Assembly (NCBI GenBank): GCA_050293845.1
Contig: JBNKNM010000012.1
Coordinates: forward strand, 12,566 to 64,722
DNA length: 52,157 nt
Origin: Pseudobacteriovorax sp.
GTDB taxonomy: Bacteria > Bdellovibrionota_B > Oligoflexia > Oligoflexales > Oligoflexaceae
Direction: 5' to 3'
Both the position numbers and the translations under genes were made by a program. Shown in pieces: positions 30,496 to 41,700 of the stretch (position 1 is its first letter; the number at the start of each line of letters is the position of its first letter). The notes under the pieces were generated by a model that saw only the letters and a list, made by a program, of their open reading frames with translations, searched no databases and was not told where the DNA came from.

Positions 30496-32556
30496 ATGAA
30501 ACGCGCTGCGTTGTTGTTGTCCCTTAATTCTTTATCGTTACTTGCCCAAGAGCTCGACTCAACTACAATCGAAGCAGAAAAAACTCCAAAACCAGAGGTC
30601 ATGGAAATTCTTAGGCCACGCGTCAACATTAATGGTGATGCTATAACCGCTTCTCAGGGTACTGTAGATCGGGCAGAAATAGAACACCGCCCCCTTTCGA
30701 GGACGGGTGAAATTGTTGAGTTTGTGCCTGGATTTATAGCCACTCAACACAGCGGATCAGGAAAAGCAAACCAGTATTTTGGTCGCGGGTTTAACCTAGA
30801 CCATGGGACAGACTTTGCCATATATGTCGACGGAATGCCGGTAAACATCAGATCCCATGGCCACGGCCAAGGCTATAGCGACCTCAACTTTCTCATACCA
30901 GAAACTATAGACCAGCTGGAATACCGAAAAGGAGCCTATTACGCTGACTCTGGAGATTTTTCATCGGCAGGCACCCTTAAAATAAAGACACTATCCCTTT
31001 TAGACCCCGGCCAGGTGAGCTTGGGTATGGGAGATTTCGGGTTTGTGCGCACACTAGTGATTGACAGTTTACAACAAAACAATTCTTCAACCCTATACGG
31101 TGTCGAAAGACAACGATATGCAGGTCCTTGGGAAGGAGTTGACGAAGATGTTAGAAAAACAAATACGATTCTGAAGCAAACTTTTTTCGATGACCAGGAT
31201 ACTTTTTCAATATTATTGATGGCCTCCCAAAATAAGTGGAATTCTGCAGAACAAATTCCCCTGAGATCAATCATATCAGGGAGCATCGATCGCTACGGTA
31301 TCGTCGATCCCAGTTTGGGAGGCAACACCCAAAGATACTCCTTATCAGGCCACTGGCAACATAACTTTGATGCCGGCACTTTAACAGTTAACATCTATGG
31401 TATTGACTACGATTTTGAACTATTTTCTAATGCTACTTACTTCCTGGCCAATCAAGATCAAGGTGACCAGATAAGTCAATCTGATAAACGTAAAATCCTC
31501 GGTTTATCCTCTGCATGGGAGACTGAAACTTCCTTTCTAGGTCTAGACATAAAACAAACCTTTGGAGTTCAGGGACAGTGGGATCAAAATGCAAAAACGG
31601 GTTTATACAGAACTCAGCAGCGCAATCTTGTAGCAACAAACAATCTTCACGATATTAACATATCTAGTTTATCGATATACTCATCATCTACACTTCACCT
31701 AGTTGATAACTTAAAGACCAACTTTTCCTATCGCTTAGATTCTTACGAATTTTCTGCAAAAAATTTATTAAACCATCGCAATGCGAATGACCAATCAAGC
31801 TTTGGAAGTTTAAAAGGCAGCATTATCTATAATCTGACTGACACGGTAGAGTCGTACTTTTCTATGGGGCAAGGATTTCATACCAATGATGTAAAAGGAA
31901 TTCTTGCAGAAAAAATCTCGAATCAAAATTCTCAAAGTACGCCTCCCTTTTCAAGAACTCTCGGATCAGAAATTGGTTTAGTATGGTTACCACATAGAAC
32001 TATCAACTTTTCTGTCAACGTTTGGAGGCTAACAAGCGATTCTGAACTTGTTTTCATTGGCGATGAAGGTACCACAGAACCTAAGCGTAGTAGCACCCGC
32101 ATAGGATCAGAACTTGCGGTTTACTATCGTCCCAATTCCCAATGGACTCTTGATTTAGAAATTTCATCGGCTTCAGCACAATACAATGATGACCCTAATC
32201 AAGAAGGTATTCGTGTGGAAGGTTTTGTTCCTTTAGTCATTAGCACAGGTACTCACACCGAATACGCCTTAGGGTTTTTCCATGATTTAAGATTACGACA
32301 TTTTGGTAAGAGACCCCTTACGAGCAATAGCAGTATTCACTCCTCAGCCACAACCTTGGTTAATCTGGCTGTAGGTTATCAATGGGGTGACTTTAAGGCC
32401 CAAGTGCAGTTATTTAATTTACTGGATAGCGAAGATAGCGATAGTGAATACTATTACGAGTCGCAGTTATCTGATGAAACAAGAAGCTACGAGGATAAAC
32501 ACTTACATCCAGTAGAACCAAGGAGTACCCGACTGCATCTCTCTTATAGGTTCTAG
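30496..32556 (+). CDS. TonB-dependent outer-membrane receptor (cobalamin/cobalt-related)
   Basis: Plug QHSGSGKANQYFGRGFNLDHGTD; C-terminal NLLD..YRF; RBS GAGGAGG before ATG 30496. Confidence 0.92.
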   Translation: MKRAALLLSLNSLSLLAQELDSTTIEAEKTPKPEVMEILRPRVNINGDAITASQGTVDRAEIEHRPLSRTGEIVEFVPGFIATQHSGSGKANQYFGRGFNLDHGTDFAIYVDGMPVNIRSHGHGQGYSDLNFLIPETIDQLEYRKGAYYADSGDFSSAGTLKIKTLSLLDPGQVSLGMGDFGFVRTLVIDSLQQNNSSTLYGVERQRYAGPWEGVDEDVRKTNTILKQTFFDDQDTFSILLMASQNKWNSAEQIPLRSIISGSIDRYGIVDPSLGGNTQRYSLSGHWQHNFDAGTLTVNIYGIDYDFELFSNATYFLANQDQGDQISQSDKRKILGLSSAWETETSFLGLDIKQTFGVQGQWDQNAKTGLYRTQQRNLVATNNLHDINISSLSIYSSSTLHLVDNLKTNFSYRLDSYEFSAKNLLNHRNANDQSSFGSLKGSIIYNLTDTVESYFSMGQGFHTNDVKGILAEKISNQNSQSTPPFSRTLGSEIGLVWLPHRTINFSVNVWRLTSDSELVFIGDEGTTEPKRSSTRIGSELAVYYRPNSQWTLDLEISSASAQYNDDPNQEGIRVEGFVPLVISTGTHTEYALGFFHDLRLRHFGKRPLTSNSSIHSSATTLVNLAVGYQWGDFKAQVQLFNLLDSEDSDSEYYYESQLSDETRSYEDKHLHPVEPRSTRLHLSYRF

Positions 32557-32679
32557 TTGTATAACTCAAAATGCAAGTCCCTCTCCAAAACACTTGCACC
32601 AGGAAGTTTAACCACCTGAATGATATCGATCCCCTAGGGTAGATATCATCTTGTTCAAAAATTAGCCCTAAACAACCTT

Positions 32680-33729
32680 CTATAAATAAGCACAACAACT
32701 GGCTGCAACACGTTTTTTGCGACCAGCAAACTCCGCATAACAATATTTACCAGGAGTCAAATATTGATCAACACCACAACTATCCGGCAGTGGCTCGGGA
32801 TCCGGGCTTGGCTCTGGAGTTGGCTCGGGATCCGGGCTTGGCTCTGGAGTTGGCTTGGGATCCGGGCTTGGCTCTGGAGAAGGAACGGGTGATGAAGAAC
32901 TTGATGATATGGAAAATTCTATCGATATAGGATAATGGTCGGAAATTTCACGGGCTTTACTGGTACTAATACCAAAGAGGCTCTCAAAATTTAACACTGA
33001 AGGAGAACTCAGTTGATGACCAAAGTCCCCTATACTGATGATACGATCATAAGCACAGTCCGTTGTAGATACCGTAGTATCCTCCCGATCCTCAATCCAC
33101 GAAATTGAATTTTTGAATATAGATGAAAACGGAGTTGACTCAGGATTATAGTAGCTACAATCAGCGTTAAGATCTCCCAGAAGCAAAATCTTTCTTCCAA
33201 AGCTCTCCTGCTGCAAACTATCAGTAACAACCTGAAGGTCTGGAATTTCCTGTTTAGCCTCCCTAGGGGCTATGTGAATACCGACGATGGTAAATTCGTC
33301 ATCCTCGCTTGCAAAGCGTGCTATATATGGCTCTCTTGTAAAAAGATCTCTGTCATCATCAAATACCCATTTGTCTACCAAGTTTGTTTTATCAGCACGA
33401 TAAATAAAGGCATAACGTTCCTTATAACTAGTTCGCCCCAGTTCTGGACTAATGGCATACTTATACTCGCGATTCAAATTATCACTGGCAAGGTTTGCAA
33501 GTCTTATAACGACTTCACCATCCAAACTATCCCTAATTTCTTGAATAAAGACGATATCGAAGTTAGTAACAGTTTGGGCCAAGTAATCCATAATATCCGC
33601 TTTAGCAGCTTTGGTCTGACCAAACACTTGAATGTTGAATGCTGCAACCTTTAAAGTTTGTGCATAAGATGAAACAAAGGAGCCAAGTAAAAAAATGAAC
33701 AGAAGAAGAGCACGTGAAAGTTTTAACAT
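32680..33729 (-). CDS. Secreted DNase I-like endonuclease with a Pro/Glu linker and small Cys-rich tail
   Basis: AAFNIQVFG, QEIRD, LGRTSYKERY, FTREP, GDLNADCSY, CAYDRI, ISDHYPI; RBS AAGGAG before ATG 33729. Confidence 0.9.
   Translation of the reverse strand: MLKLSRALLLFIFLLGSFVSSYAQTLKVAAFNIQVFGQTKAAKADIMDYLAQTVTNFDIVFIQEIRDSLDGEVVIRLANLASDNLNREYKYAISPELGRTSYKERYAFIYRADKTNLVDKWVFDDDRDLFTREPYIARFASEDDEFTIVGIHIAPREAKQEIPDLQVVTDSLQQESFGRKILLLGDLNADCSYYNPESTPFSSIFKNSISWIEDREDTTVSTTDCAYDRIISIGDFGHQLSSPSVLNFESLFGISTSKAREISDHYPISIEFSISSSSSSPVPSPEPSPDPKPTPEPSPDPEPTPEPSPDPEPLPDSCGVDQYLTPGKYCYAEFAGRKKRVAASCCAYL
32791..32880. repeat. 3 x 30-bp tandem repeat encoding PEPSPDPEPT
   Basis: TGGCTCGGGATCCGGGCTTGGCTCTGGAGT occurs twice exactly; the third copy has two mismatches. 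Confidence 0.95.
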
Positions 33730-34237
33730 AGTGCAAAGCTCCTTTGGCATTGTAAATCTAGAAAATTCTTTGTTTAACGACGCGGTCTGAAAATATAGAA
33801 AGTTGAAAGTAATTGCAAATCGAAAACACTTAATTTTGACACTGCTTTTTTGTTAGGCTATGTATGGATTGTAACGTTTAAGATTTCCATACTTAATTTA
33901 CTTAATATATACGTATGCTTAGCCAAATAAACCCTCAAAAAATGTCTTCAAATTTCTAGAAGCCTCCTGCTTCTCATATTGGAAAGTTGGTTAGAATATT
34001 AATAAATCTTGTAAAGAATAAGAGGAAATAACCTATTGTAGTGAACTAATAGAAACAGACTACTATAGGAATCCTCCCTTTTTACTCAATCAACTTGTTT
34101 CTTCCAAGTTTTAATTTTATCAAATATTCTCATAAAGCCCACAATAAAAAATTATTTATTATCGCAGGTTATAAAATATAACTTATAAAAGGGGATGACT
34201 TTTCCGTCAATGCAATAGTCTATGTGTTGGAGGTATC

Positions 34238-37042
34238 ATGGGTCTGATTAAGATACTAGTCATATTGATTGGAATTTTAAGTCATGGAGCAGCCTGTGCT
34301 TTTGAAGTTACACAGGAGTTGCAAGATCAAGCTATCAATCGCGACTTCCAAATTCTAGAAGATACATCCGGAAAGCTAACTATCACTGATATTCTTGCAC
34401 CAAATAACAATTTGGTTTTTGAAAGCGTGTTAAGTCGAGATCTAAATTTTGGAATCACTAATAGTGCCTTTTGGGGGCGTTTTAAGTTCACCAATTCTTC
34501 CGCAAGACCCATAGACCTAGTGCTGGTAAATCAATATGCTGCTACCGACCGTATAGAATTATACTATAAAACTCATGATGGAAGCTATAAAGTCTCCCGG
34601 AGTGGTGATCGCTATACCAATGAAAATAAAAACATCCAATACAGATTACCCAGTATAAAGTTTACTGTCCCTCCAGGGGAGCATCAATTCTACTTCCGTC
34701 AACAAACTAAGGGAATCACTCAAATTGATTTCAAGATATGGGCCATAGAAAATTTCTACAACATGAGATCCTCTGAGAATATATTTATTTCATGCCTCTT
34801 AGGCTTTCTCATTGTCATGATACTATACAACTTATTTCTAGCTGTTACTCTGAAAGATATGACCTATACTATATATGTATTCTATATTGCATCCTCTCTG
34901 ATCAATAACGCTGCCTATATCGGATTTCTTCAGGAGATATTGCCTGACTCTGTTTGGTTGGCTAATGATGGATTCATGCATGCAGCCGGTCTCACAGCGA
35001 TCACAGCAGCTCTATTTGGCATTTACTTTCTAGAACTTAAAAAAAGATTTCCTATTGCTTTTTGGTGGGGTATTGCAACCATTGCTTTAGGTACATTGCA
35101 AAGCTTTATTATACCTTTCAACTACGGACTCGGAGCAAAGATTGCTATTCTAAGTGCTTTTAGTGCCTCAACATTTTCCTTAATTTCCAGCCTAATCCTC
35201 AGTATTAAGAGATTTCGTCCCGCCTACTGGTATACTTTTGCCTGGTCTTGCTTAGTGATAGGAACCATTGTTAGAGTGGCAGCGCTCTACGGTATACTGC
35301 CTCTTACCTTTTTAACCAGTTGGGGACAATTCATAGGAACCGCTTTAGAAGTTGTTTTACTCTCCATCGCTCTTGGGGATAAAACCCACATTCTACAGCA
35401 ACAATCAAAAGAGAGTATCAGGAGTCTCAATGAAGATTTAATTCATCAAAACCGAGAAATTAATATTCTAAACAGTACATTAGAACAAAAAGTCAGAGAA
35501 AAAGTTCAAAGTATCCGCTCTATTCTTGAATCTATTGAGCTTGGTATTTTTACCATAGGTAGCGATCACAAGATTGCTCCCGAATACTCTGAATTTATGA
35601 CAAACTTGTTTCCTCAGAAAAAAATTGCCGGTCAAAGCCTTGAACAACTTCTTTTCACCAAAGAAAATATATCCTCAGAAAAACTTTCACAGACAATTTC
35701 TGCCATTGACTTTTCCCTTGGTGAAGATGAAATCGTCTTCGAAGCAAACCGTGAAAATCTGGTCAAAACTCTCGATATTGAAGTGGAAAATGATATACAT
35801 CACTGGGAATTAGACTGGAATGCTATTGTCACAGAAAGCACAACTGAACGTCTGCTAGTAAGTATCAAGGACGTTACATCTGTTCAAAAACTAAGGGCAA
35901 AAGCCAAAGATCAAGAAAAAGAATTGGAATATATTTCAGAGATTATCAATATAGATGAAATAAAGGTCCAAAGCTTCTTTAACTCCTGCCGTAGTTTTAT
36001 GAAAGAAAACAGTAGATTACTAAAAAAGACCCATGAGTATGACAGTGAAGTGCTAAAGATCTTATTTATTAATGCCCATACCATGAAAGGGGCTGCTCGC
36101 GCCCTTCATCTGGAACACCTCAGTGAAATCATTCATGAATGGGAGCAGTATCTAGCTAATGTGCGGGCTAAAAAAGAGTCATGGTCTAAGGAAGTCGCAT
36201 CTGATTTTCACAACCGCTCTTATGATGAATTAAAAATGTATGAAAAAATTAACTATGAACGATTGGGCCGACAAAGAAGTAAACAGAGTACAATAGTGCT
36301 AGATAGAGAACAAGCCGAATCACTTTTGTTATTTTTTGATCGACACACAGAATTAGCCAATGATTCTACTCCCGTTACAATATATCGGGCCATCCACACT
36401 CAATTATTCATTCCCATAAAAGCAGCTATATATGATGTTTCATACTCGCTGCAAAGTCTCTCCCGTGATCTCCAAAAACCAGAACCAGAACTTCGCGTCA
36501 CAGGAGCTGAAGTTAGCCTTTCCAAGAGCAGCCAAGAGGTTTTACACAACTGCCTCGTCCATTTATTCCGCAATTCCATGGATCATGGAATTGAAAACAC
36601 TAGCGAACGCCTGCAGTATGATAAGTCCGAATGCGGTCACATTGACATCAATATATCTATCGAAGAAAACAATCTTATCATTGACTATCACGATGATGGT
36701 CGAGGTTTAGATTTAACTTCTATTGCTGAACTATCGAAAATTCGTAACCTTATCTCCCGAGAGAAAAAATACAGTGATGATGAGATAGCAATGTTGATTT
36801 TTGAATCAGGGTTTTCAACGACTAAAACAGTATCACAGATTTCAGGTCGTGGCGTTGGGATGGATGCTGTCAAACAGTACTTAAATGAGATCGATAGTTC
36901 AATATCCATAAATTTGCTCGATAGTTCAACTACCCATCCTCTACTCCATGAAAGAGGTTATCGACCATTTTCCTTTAAAATTCAAATTCCTACTCCCCAT
37001 TTCATAGATAGTAACAGCAACTTTTATGGTAAGGCTGCTTAG
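34238..37042 (+). CDS. 7TM-DISM receptor fused to a PAS-like, Hpt and CheA-type HATPase region
   Basis: DISMED2-like periplasmic domain, 7 TM helices ending EVVLLSIALGDK, AHTMKG, HLFRNSMDHG, SGRGVGMD. Confidence 0.88.
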   Translation: MGLIKILVILIGILSHGAACAFEVTQELQDQAINRDFQILEDTSGKLTITDILAPNNNLVFESVLSRDLNFGITNSAFWGRFKFTNSSARPIDLVLVNQYAATDRIELYYKTHDGSYKVSRSGDRYTNENKNIQYRLPSIKFTVPPGEHQFYFRQQTKGITQIDFKIWAIENFYNMRSSENIFISCLLGFLIVMILYNLFLAVTLKDMTYTIYVFYIASSLINNAAYIGFLQEILPDSVWLANDGFMHAAGLTAITAALFGIYFLELKKRFPIAFWWGIATIALGTLQSFIIPFNYGLGAKIAILSAFSASTFSLISSLILSIKRFRPAYWYTFAWSCLVIGTIVRVAALYGILPLTFLTSWGQFIGTALEVVLLSIALGDKTHILQQQSKESIRSLNEDLIHQNREINILNSTLEQKVREKVQSIRSILESIELGIFTIGSDHKIAPEYSEFMTNLFPQKKIAGQSLEQLLFTKENISSEKLSQTISAIDFSLGEDEIVFEANRENLVKTLDIEVENDIHHWELDWNAIVTESTTERLLVSIKDVTSVQKLRAKAKDQEKELEYISEIINIDEIKVQSFFNSCRSFMKENSRLLKKTHEYDSEVLKILFINAHTMKGAARALHLEHLSEIIHEWEQYLANVRAKKESWSKEVASDFHNRSYDELKMYEKINYERLGRQRSKQSTIVLDREQAESLLLFFDRHTELANDSTPVTIYRAIHTQLFIPIKAAIYDVSYSLQSLSRDLQKPEPELRVTGAEVSLSKSSQEVLHNCLVHLFRNSMDHGIENTSERLQYDKSECGHIDINISIEENNLIIDYHDDGRGLDLTSIAELSKIRNLISREKKYSDDEIAMLIFESGFSTTKTVSQISGRGVGMDAVKQYLNEIDSSISINLLDSSTTHPLLHERGYRPFSFKIQIPTPHFIDSNSNFYGKAA

Positions 37043-37145
37043 CAATACGACCCTTACAATGATATAATATCATAACTGTATTGTAGCTTTATCCAGCAAA
37101 CACCAAAATTATGCTTACCTTACAAAGGCGGATTTCTATTTTGGC

Positions 37146-38636
37146 ATGACCATCGATTTGGTAGAATTAATATTTATAAACCATAATATGCGAATGAATA
37201 TGAGAATTACTGGTCGTCAGTTTCGTACGGTGTTAATAATCGAGCTTTTCCTTCTCACTGGTATTGGTATCATCGGATACTCATACTGGAATTTCATTTG
37301 TGATGGCTCATTACATGGTTGTGTTCCTCAGAAAGGTTTTTCTGAATTTTCGTTTTTTATGCTAACCCTTTTGCGTCCTATATTTTTTAGTCCTATTATG
37401 CTTATAGCAATGATTGCTGGAAGTAATTTTGGCCCCATCGAGGGCACAATTTTAGCAACTCTGGGAACAGCTTGCTCAGTCCTACTCTTCTATTATCCTG
37501 GACATTATATTGGCAAAAAAATAGTCCGCCCTTGGCTTACATCTAATCTACCGAACACTTGGAAACTAATAAGATCACAAGATTATAAACTTATTTTCAT
37601 AACTCGCTGGGTACCCATTTTTCCTTTTGATTTATTTTCCTTTTTATTCGGTATTGCTGACTTCCATGCCAAAAGGGTATTTATATTTTCATTGCTCGGG
37701 ATCATCCCGGAAATATTCTTATTCACCAGTTTGGCAAGTACCAATCAAGGAACTATTAGCAATACCTTCCTGCATCTCACCCTATTTGCATTTCTAACTT
37801 CACTTCCTCTGCTGCTTTATGAATACACCTATCGTAAGAAAGGAAGTAGCCTGTGGATCAGACTCAAACGTGTCTACTACGAAGTATTTTATGAGGTCCA
37901 AGTAAATAATGAGATTAAAAAGAAACATGAATTCGACAAGAGCAAAGTGCCTGTTATTCTAATCTATGGTTTTTTTTCCTCGCGTCGAACCCTAAGCGTT
38001 ATGGAAAGATTACTTTCCTTAAGAGGCTACCAAGTCATGACCTTCAATTTAGGAGGCGTTCTAGGTGTTTTCTTCACAAGGGGTATAAAGGAAACGGCAA
38101 AGTTTCTTGATAAGAAAATTAGACGTCAAATTCAAAGACATGACTTTAAAAGAATCTACCTGATTGGGCACTCTAAGGGTGGTTTGGTAGCTCTCTGGTG
38201 GATATTAAAATTGGGAGGGCATCGCTACTGTAAGCATGTTATTACCATGGGAACTCCATATAATGGCAGTCGCTTAGCCTACCTAGCTCTGCTTACTCCT
38301 CTTGGTTTCTTCTGGAAAGACGTGTGGCAGATGAGGCCAGGATCGCGATTACTGAAAGACCTCCATGAAGCCGAACCTATTGAAGGGCTCACTATTTATA
38401 ACCTTTATTCCAATAAGGATTCAGTGGCTAGAGGCATTAATGGCATATTTGATCATCGTTCTAGAGTCATAACAATACCAATGCATTCAACAGCTCATTT
38501 CGAATTTCTATTCAAAAGATCGGTGGCTGATACACTTGTAAAGATACTCAATGAAGCTGAAAAAAACTATCAAGAACAAAAAGCCAATGCTTTTGAACGT
38601 AGGCGTAACCTGCTAAACGACCATGAAGTCACATAG
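37146..38636 (+). CDS. DedA/TVP38 (VTT) membrane domain fused to an alpha/beta hydrolase
   Basis: AG..FGP..G, RWVPIFPFD, LGIIP; then LIYGF, GHSKGG, MGTPYNG, D, H. The start could be a downstream ATG. Confidence 0.85.
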   Translation: MTIDLVELIFINHNMRMNMRITGRQFRTVLIIELFLLTGIGIIGYSYWNFICDGSLHGCVPQKGFSEFSFFMLTLLRPIFFSPIMLIAMIAGSNFGPIEGTILATLGTACSVLLFYYPGHYIGKKIVRPWLTSNLPNTWKLIRSQDYKLIFITRWVPIFPFDLFSFLFGIADFHAKRVFIFSLLGIIPEIFLFTSLASTNQGTISNTFLHLTLFAFLTSLPLLLYEYTYRKKGSSLWIRLKRVYYEVFYEVQVNNEIKKKHEFDKSKVPVILIYGFFSSRRTLSVMERLLSLRGYQVMTFNLGGVLGVFFTRGIKETAKFLDKKIRRQIQRHDFKRIYLIGHSKGGLVALWWILKLGGHRYCKHVITMGTPYNGSRLAYLALLTPLGFFWKDVWQMRPGSRLLKDLHEAEPIEGLTIYNLYSNKDSVARGINGIFDHRSRVITIPMHSTAHFEFLFKRSVADTLVKILNEAEKNYQEQKANAFERRRNLLNDHEVT

Positions 38637-38737
38637 AAATTTATTTGAAAATCTTGGTTGACAATAAGTCGCTCAACAATCCCATTAACTTTCATAAGTG
38701 ACGATAACCTTATCGAATCAATACTGTGTAGAGTTAC

Positions 38738-41700
38738 CTAACTAGCATCCTTGTTCTCTAGATGCTTGATTTTAAGGTCTTGCCTGTCTAATTGAGCATT
38801 TTTGATGTTAGGTTTTATAAACTTATGACTCACAGATATAAAATCTTCTAACACTGCATAAGCCACAGGCACCCAAATCAATGTAAGTAATGTTCCCGTC
38901 ATAAGACCCCACGCCATTGCTAAGGTCATAGGCATCAATATCAAATCAGCTCCTCCCCACCCATAAGCAGTAGGTAGTAAACCACTGATAGTCGTTAATG
39001 AAGTCACCATCACAGCTTTCAATCGTAAACCTGAGGCCTGAACCAAAATTTGATGCAAGGACTTCTTGCTTTCTAGCCTCATGCCATCAATAAAACTTAT
39101 CAGTACTATTCCAGAATTTACAATGATTCCCGCTAGGCCAATTATCCCAATGACTGCCAGGAAGCTAACAGGTTTGTTATGGAGTAAAAAAGCAATAGAC
39201 ACACCGGTGATACCCAAAGGAATCGTTGACATAATGATAAGAGGACGCAAGTAGGATTTGAATAAAAAAACTAAAATAGCAAAAATACCAATGAGTGCAA
39301 GACCCAGTGCTTGAGACAAACTTACCATTGACTCACGGGTACTCTCCTCTTCTCCACCAATAGCTATTGTCACCTCATTATTCTCTTTTTTGATTTTTTT
39401 GAACAAATCCAAGGTTTTTTTATTTGCTAAAGAACTTGTGATAATGTTCTCATCAATATCTGCAGTCAAGGTTTTTGCTCTCTGATAATCATATCGTTTT
39501 ATCACTAAAGACCCAGACTTTTTCTTTAGACTAGCTAATTGTGACAAAGGTACCAAATTTCCTCTTTTATCCATAATCTTAATATTCTTGAGATTATGTT
39601 GTGAATACTTATCTTTATCCTGTAACCGTACACGAATGCCAACTTTCTTACGTTCCAGATTCAGGGTGGTAATGGTCTGACCATCAAGAAGATTTTTAAT
39701 CGTGTAACCCACCTGGGCAACACTCAAGCCAAGTCGTTGAATTTTTGTATGATTCAAAGCTACTTCGATCTCATCATCACCGTACACATCGTTAATTTCT
39801 GGATTTATAATACCAGGGATTTTTTTGACTTCATCTAATATACTATAACTAGCTCGCTGGAGTTGCTCAGCATTATTAGACCTCAAAGTCAAATTCACAG
39901 GCGCCCCTACTGGCGGTCCATTTATCACAGTGGAGTAAGTTACATGAGCAAAATATGAAGTATCGATACTACGAAGTTTATCCAAAGCATCCGTATAGTA
40001 AAGAGAAAAAGAGGCTTCCTTAGTTACAAAGATTTTTATGATACCAACATTATCTCCTTCCTTCGCTTTGGGATCAGATATATCCTGCTCTGACTTACCA
40101 GATATAGCCACCAGATATTCCACATGGTCGCCGAGAGCTGCTTTAATTTCACCTGTGAAACGCTCTGCTAGCCTTTGATTCTCTTCTATGGTGTTTCCTT
40201 TTCGCAGTTCATACCGAGCTAAATATATTTCTGTTTGTTCTGAAGGAAATAGAATAAATTTATTTACTACTATAAGAAGATACATGGAAACTGCTAAAAT
40301 AATCATAAATCCCAAAGATACCAAGTAGCGATGGTAGATAAGAAGATCCATAAACTTTTCAAAACGACGGCTAACCTTTTTAAACCAGTCAGTCTTCATT
40401 TTTTCATGGGGCTTGGATTCGGAAACCATACGGAGTCGCATAGGTAGCAAAAAGAAGCTTTCAAAGAGACTAGCCAATAAAGAAATAGTTACTATAAGTG
40501 GGATATAACGTATAAACTGCCCCAGAACCCCTCTAGTGACAAGCATCGGTAAAAATCCAGCAATAGTCGTCAAGGCCGTACAAGTAATGGGTAACCAAAA
40601 TTGATGAGCAGCATTGAGAGCGGCATCGTAAACTGGTACTCCTTCTTCTCTCAGACGAACATAATTTTCAGATATCACAACAGCATTATCAACTAACATT
40701 CCTAAGGCAATGACTAGCGCACATATTGTGACTACATTTAAGTTCATATCTAAAGGAGGCATCAGACCAAAAGTAGCGATCAGCGCTACAGGTAAGGATA
40801 AGGAAGCGACAAGACCTATTTTAAAAGGTAAGAAAACAAGCATAAAAACGATCACTAGAGCTAAACCCATATAGGCATTATTTATTAAAACTTCTGTCCT
40901 ATTTTTGACTTTTTTGGCTTCATTATTATAAATAACAGTTTTTAGTCCCTTAGGATTTTTAATATTATCTAAAGTTTGGCCAATTTCTTTAACCAAATTA
41001 ATCGTATCAGCCCCACCTCGCTTGGTAACAACCAAAAGAGTAGCTTCTTCCCCATTTACAAGGGTAAGAAGCTTTGGTTCTTCCTGATAATCAATAACCT
41101 TAGCTACATTTTTTAGTAAAACCTGCTTACCGGAATAGTTGGTACGAATTGGTGTTGCCAGTAGTTCATCTGTTTTTGATGTCTTACCATCAAGTCGTAC
41201 TAAAAATTGATTATGCTTATTTTTGATAATACCTGCAGGAATACTAAAGTTTCTGGATCGCAGGGTATTGATAACTTCATCAGCCCCCACATGATACTGA
41301 TTTAGTTTTTTCTGATCCAAGAAAACAGATATTTCTCGATTTCGATATCCTTGCAGTTCGACTTTTAATACTCCTTTAATATCCTCAATAACCTCTTGCA
41401 AATAGTCGGCATATCTATCCCTTTGTCGATTTTTATTTGAACCAATCAGACCAATTTCTAAAGCAGGAAACTCCTCAGAATTTATTTCTTGATAGTTGGG
41501 ACGGGGTATACCTGCTGGCAGGTCAGAAACACCACTGATGGCTTTCTCTAAATCATCCATGACTTCTGCGACATCATAATTATCTATATCGGCACGCACA
41601 ACAATCCGACTCAATCCAATTTGACTAACTGATTTTACATCTTTCAGACCTCTTACGGTTCTGATTTTTTCTTCAATAGGCTTCGTAACATCAGCTTCCA

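Noticed and set aside
32791..32880. 30-bp repeats as a possible CRISPR array
   Set aside because: No spacers; in-frame coding linker
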